This document shows positions 60,684 to 64,000 of a stretch of 64,000 nucleotides of DNA, in pieces. Made by a program: the position numbers and the translations under genes. This DNA comes from Microthyrium microscopicum (taxonomy: Eukaryota), in contig MU004237.1 in the NCBI GenBank assembly GCA_010405405.1, positions 1,685,345 to 1,749,344 of the forward strand, written 5' to 3'. Within the stretch, counting starts at the first letter, position 1; each line of letters begins with the position of its first letter. Under the pieces are notes generated by a model. The model saw only the letters and a list, made by a program, of their open reading frames with translations, made no database searches and was not told the origin of the DNA.

Positions 60684-62742
60684 TCATGGCATTTGTTGTA
60701 GACCAAGTGTATCTAGATTGAAATTGAAATCTCTCAGTAAGCTTTGTGAATCCAAGAACTCATAGCTGCCCATCAAAAATCCTCCTGAAGAGTTCTCCAT
60801 CCAACATTGTGAAGTATCTGGGCTTACAGATTCAGGATGCCGATGTGTTGACAGGAGATGTGTAGGTTCCTGGTCCGGAAGCTGTAAGCATCGATCTAAT
60901 AGCTTCTCGAGGCTCGTTGCGATACCGAATAGGAGATGTCGTGGATGGAAGCTGGGCTTAAGTTCCTTGAGAACAGTGACAAGTTGCCGTATCATATCCA
61001 GTACCTCTTGCTTGTTAACACGAACATTTCCCGATTCTCTTGTTGCAAGTTTGAGTAAGAATACAACTGCGAATGCAATCATGGTGTCAAAGTACAAAGT
61101 TAAGCCATTGAGACATGATTGGATTTCAATGTCAGAGATGATCGTTCGTAGTATTGCTGTGGCTGACAGGATCGCACCATTGGCGAACTCCTCCATATCT
61201 GGAGACATCTCATGGAAGACATTAGCATTCTTATTAGCTCCTCGAAATACGTGAGCACCGAGATAGAGCTTCGCAAAATGAAAATGCAAGGCAACACTTT
61301 TCCGAGGATAGTTTCCAAGCTGCTCGTTCTGAGTGAAGCGCTCATTCCAGTTTGCTCGCCAGGTGTCGAGAGCGATTCCATATCGGCGGAGTTGAGCGAC
61401 GCTCTTATCTGCTAGCGGAGCGTCAGTGTCGACACCAAAGTTTTCGAAGACACGAGTGCTTGTCGACCATAGTTCAATCTCGCTAATCAACCTTGCATCG
61501 TCTTCTGCGGCATATGGTGACTCCAGAAACACAGCAGGAGGGTTGAGCGTCTCAAACTCATGCGTCATGGGTGGCTTGCCATATGCGATGGAGAATTGAT
61601 GATCGCAGATGTAGACAAGATACCACATTCGAGTACGTTGATAGCAAGCTAGTTTATCGTGAGGCATTTTGCTTATACAGCGGTGAAGTTGTATTTCGGA
61701 GGCAATTCTAACAGCTTGGACTTGTTAGTTCACTGGGGTTCGAATTGCTGGAATTAAAGACTTACCAAGGCCAACAAGGGTCCAAGATATACTACTGAGC
61801 CAAAACGCTCCGATACACAATGCTCGGACGTCGTCAACTGTATGACTTTTAGAGAAGACTTGGATCCCACATAGTCGTGTAAATTCTTCATAGCAAGCAT
61901 CGTACTCTGGTGATCGCAGATGCAGCGCGCCAACAGTACATACTGCTGCTGTTAGTAGCGGAGAACTGGCTCGAACACTTGAGAGCGAATTGTGGTCTAT
62001 AAGGATTCGGTAGAGGAAGTGATCTAGTCTCTCAGTGTAAATCTTGAAGAATGACTCGACGTCTGCCAGAGATAAAATACCACGGGCAATGATATCGATG
62101 TTGGACCGATCGCCACAAGGTAGTAATGGTGGAGGTCGAGTAGGTGGAATAGTAGAAACCACTGAAGCTGGAATTGCTGCTGGTCCCGATTCTGTATCCA
62201 TAACCACTTCCCAGCTTGGTGAGTTGTCGGTGTCTCCAGTAGTCGATACCAAAGGCCGATTTCCACTAGCAGCTTCGTCCTCTCTAGCATTTGCGGCCTC
62301 GTCTTGTGTTTCAATGAGTAAAGTTCTCAATTCTGGCATAGAGAGCTTGTTCGCGAGCAACTTGATCGCCTCTTCCAAGTTACGAATCTTTCGTTTCGTG
62401 GTATGTCTATCTCTTTTGAGGCTATCAGTCAACGGCAATGATTAAAGAATCTTGGAGACAGACAGGATATCTTCCTCCAAAACCATCTGCAGACTTCGGT
62501 TCACAGTACATGGTAAATTACGCCTCTTACATCGTATGCATGGTGCTTTTGGGTCTTTCATGTGACATTTAATCTATAGTTGTCAATGATTAGCGAGTTT
62601 AATCCCTGTCTTCAAGACATACCTTTTGTTTTCGACAAGCTACACACGCTGTCACCTTTCTGGAGATTTCTGGTGGTTTTCCATCGCCAAAATGCTCTCT
62701 GAGAGCACTTATGGACGCTTCGGCTGAGGGAGAAGACGGCAT
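60684..62742 (-). CDS. Zn(II)2Cys6 fungal transcription factor
   Basis: ACVACRKQK|IKCHMKDPKAPCIRCKRRNLPC binuclear cluster and middle-homology region (SPLLTAAVCTVGALH, RMWYLVYICDHQFSIAYGKPP); three introns. Confidence 0.93.
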
Positions 62743-63195
62743 ATTTTCAAATCGAGTCGTGGTCACCGAGAGACCTTAGATCCATGAAGTCAAGCAAGAA
62801 CTCAGATCGAGTATGCTAATAGTCATACGGCGAGTAGTAGGGGATACTATCTTTTACTGCTGCACGTTATTTGGTGATCGCACTTCGCCCCGACAACGCT
62901 AAACCTCGGGATACATCCGACATTCAGACCTTTCGATTGTCTAACCAATAAGGAGCTGGATTTAAACACATGTTTTGTTACTCCCCTGTCTAATTGCCAG
63001 GATTTCATGAAAATAGTGATCGAAAAGTGTTCATGATGATCAGTGTTCCTAATGTTCGGCGCTGGCCTGCAATCAGTGGTTTGGAGCTCGGAATCTCTTC
63101 AAGAACAATATCTACCATGTACAACGTTTCCAATAAAGCACTGCGTTGTCCACTATCCATCGTGATCCTAGAGCAAAAGGCCGGAGAGTAAAACC

Positions 63196-63994
63196 TTAGC
63201 CAGCCAATCCAAGCGTATGCTTTACTCGAGCTGCTCTCTGGGGACCATTTCTGGAAGCATATGCGTTATAGAAGGCTTGCCGATGGTTGAAGTCCAATGC
63301 TGACCGGACTTCATAAATTTCAGTGTAGTATCTTTGGATAAGGAAAATCAAATCCTCGAAATCCTTCGCTGTGTGGCGTTGACGGTATGCCTCGAGCTTC
63401 GTTTTCATGATTCTCTCAATGTTCAACACTGGGAAGTTGACATCTTGGTAGGGAATGAGCTCGATGATTGATGGGAACTCATCTACTGAGACAAGACCAA
63501 ATGCGCCTGGGGCTGGTCAGCTCTTAAAAATTTGGCAGAGAGCTGGGGGATGATTTACCGGAGAGCAAGAGATCGACTTCTACCCACATCTCTGGCATAT
63601 TCTGATCCTCGACTTGGGTGAAGATTCTAGCAACTCCAGAGGTTGGGCCGGCGGGCCATAAAACCCTGTTTCTGGCGTTAGTAGCCTTGGGATGGTTATG
63701 TCATGGTTTTCCGTACTTGGGTTGACCTTTCAACGCAATCTTGAGATCGTTCATGTTGCAACCGCAAGCAAAATCTATATCCACGGTCCGTCGAGCGCTT
63801 CCGCGAAGATGAAGTGACCTGTTATATGTTAGTAATAAAGCTGTGATGTCTGCAGGAGAAGGAAAAGCTTACCAACCACCCATCAGCGCATGTACTATGC
63901 CAGCGCTATTCAGCAGACTCGAAACATACAGAGCAGCTTGATGAAGATGCTCATTGGAAACATTTCGCTCGCATAGTGCCTGTAGAGCAGTCAT
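63196..63994 (-). CDS. AbiEii/MenT-like (Pol-beta fold) nucleotidyltransferase, about 213 aa, 4 exons
   Basis: Exons 63994-63873, 63818-63717, 63665-63559 and 63506-63196 total 642 nt. Motifs ALMGGWSLHLRGSARRTVDIDF, VEVDLL and KLEAYRQRHTAKDFEDLIFL. The N-terminus may extend beyond the window. Confidence 0.78.
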
Positions 63995-64000
63995 TTGTTG

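Noticed and set aside
1..64000. Autonomous transposase, rRNA or tRNA genes
   Set aside because: None recognised by eye; a tRNAscan-SE/Infernal run would be needed to exclude small RNAs.

Overview
Gene-dense, intron-containing genomic DNA of a filamentous ascomycete (Pezizomycotina-type GT/GC-AG introns with CTAAC/CTGAC branch sites). It holds about 26 protein-coding genes. Recognisable ones are SSD1 (runs off the left edge), a BTB protein, TSC10, two GPI-anchored wall proteins, a DUF1996 protein, a SAM methyltransferase, a large secreted repeat protein, a DDHD phospholipase, a PTH11-like membrane protein, a frameshifted F-box-like gene, cpcA/GCN4 with its uORF leader, hmgA, a SNF2-RING ATPase, an I78-like protein, cyp10, YRA1, phosphonoacetate hydrolase phnA beside a Zn2Cys6 regulator, and an AbiEii/MenT-like nucleotidyltransferase. 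Most notable observations: (1) a spliced 77-aa CS-alpha-beta defensin-like peptide missed by the ORF track; (2) an intron-containing bacterial-toxin-like nucleotidyltransferase; (3) an intronless phnA paired with a transcription factor; (4) two MITE families, one with CAA...TTG ends and 5-bp target duplications (at least 7 copies, one nested) and one TA-flanked family whose two copies carry unrelated but perfectly self-complementary 19-bp blocks in their arms; (5) a 167-codon open in-frame extension upstream of the cpcA AUG. All gene models were assembled by eye and no database searches were run.
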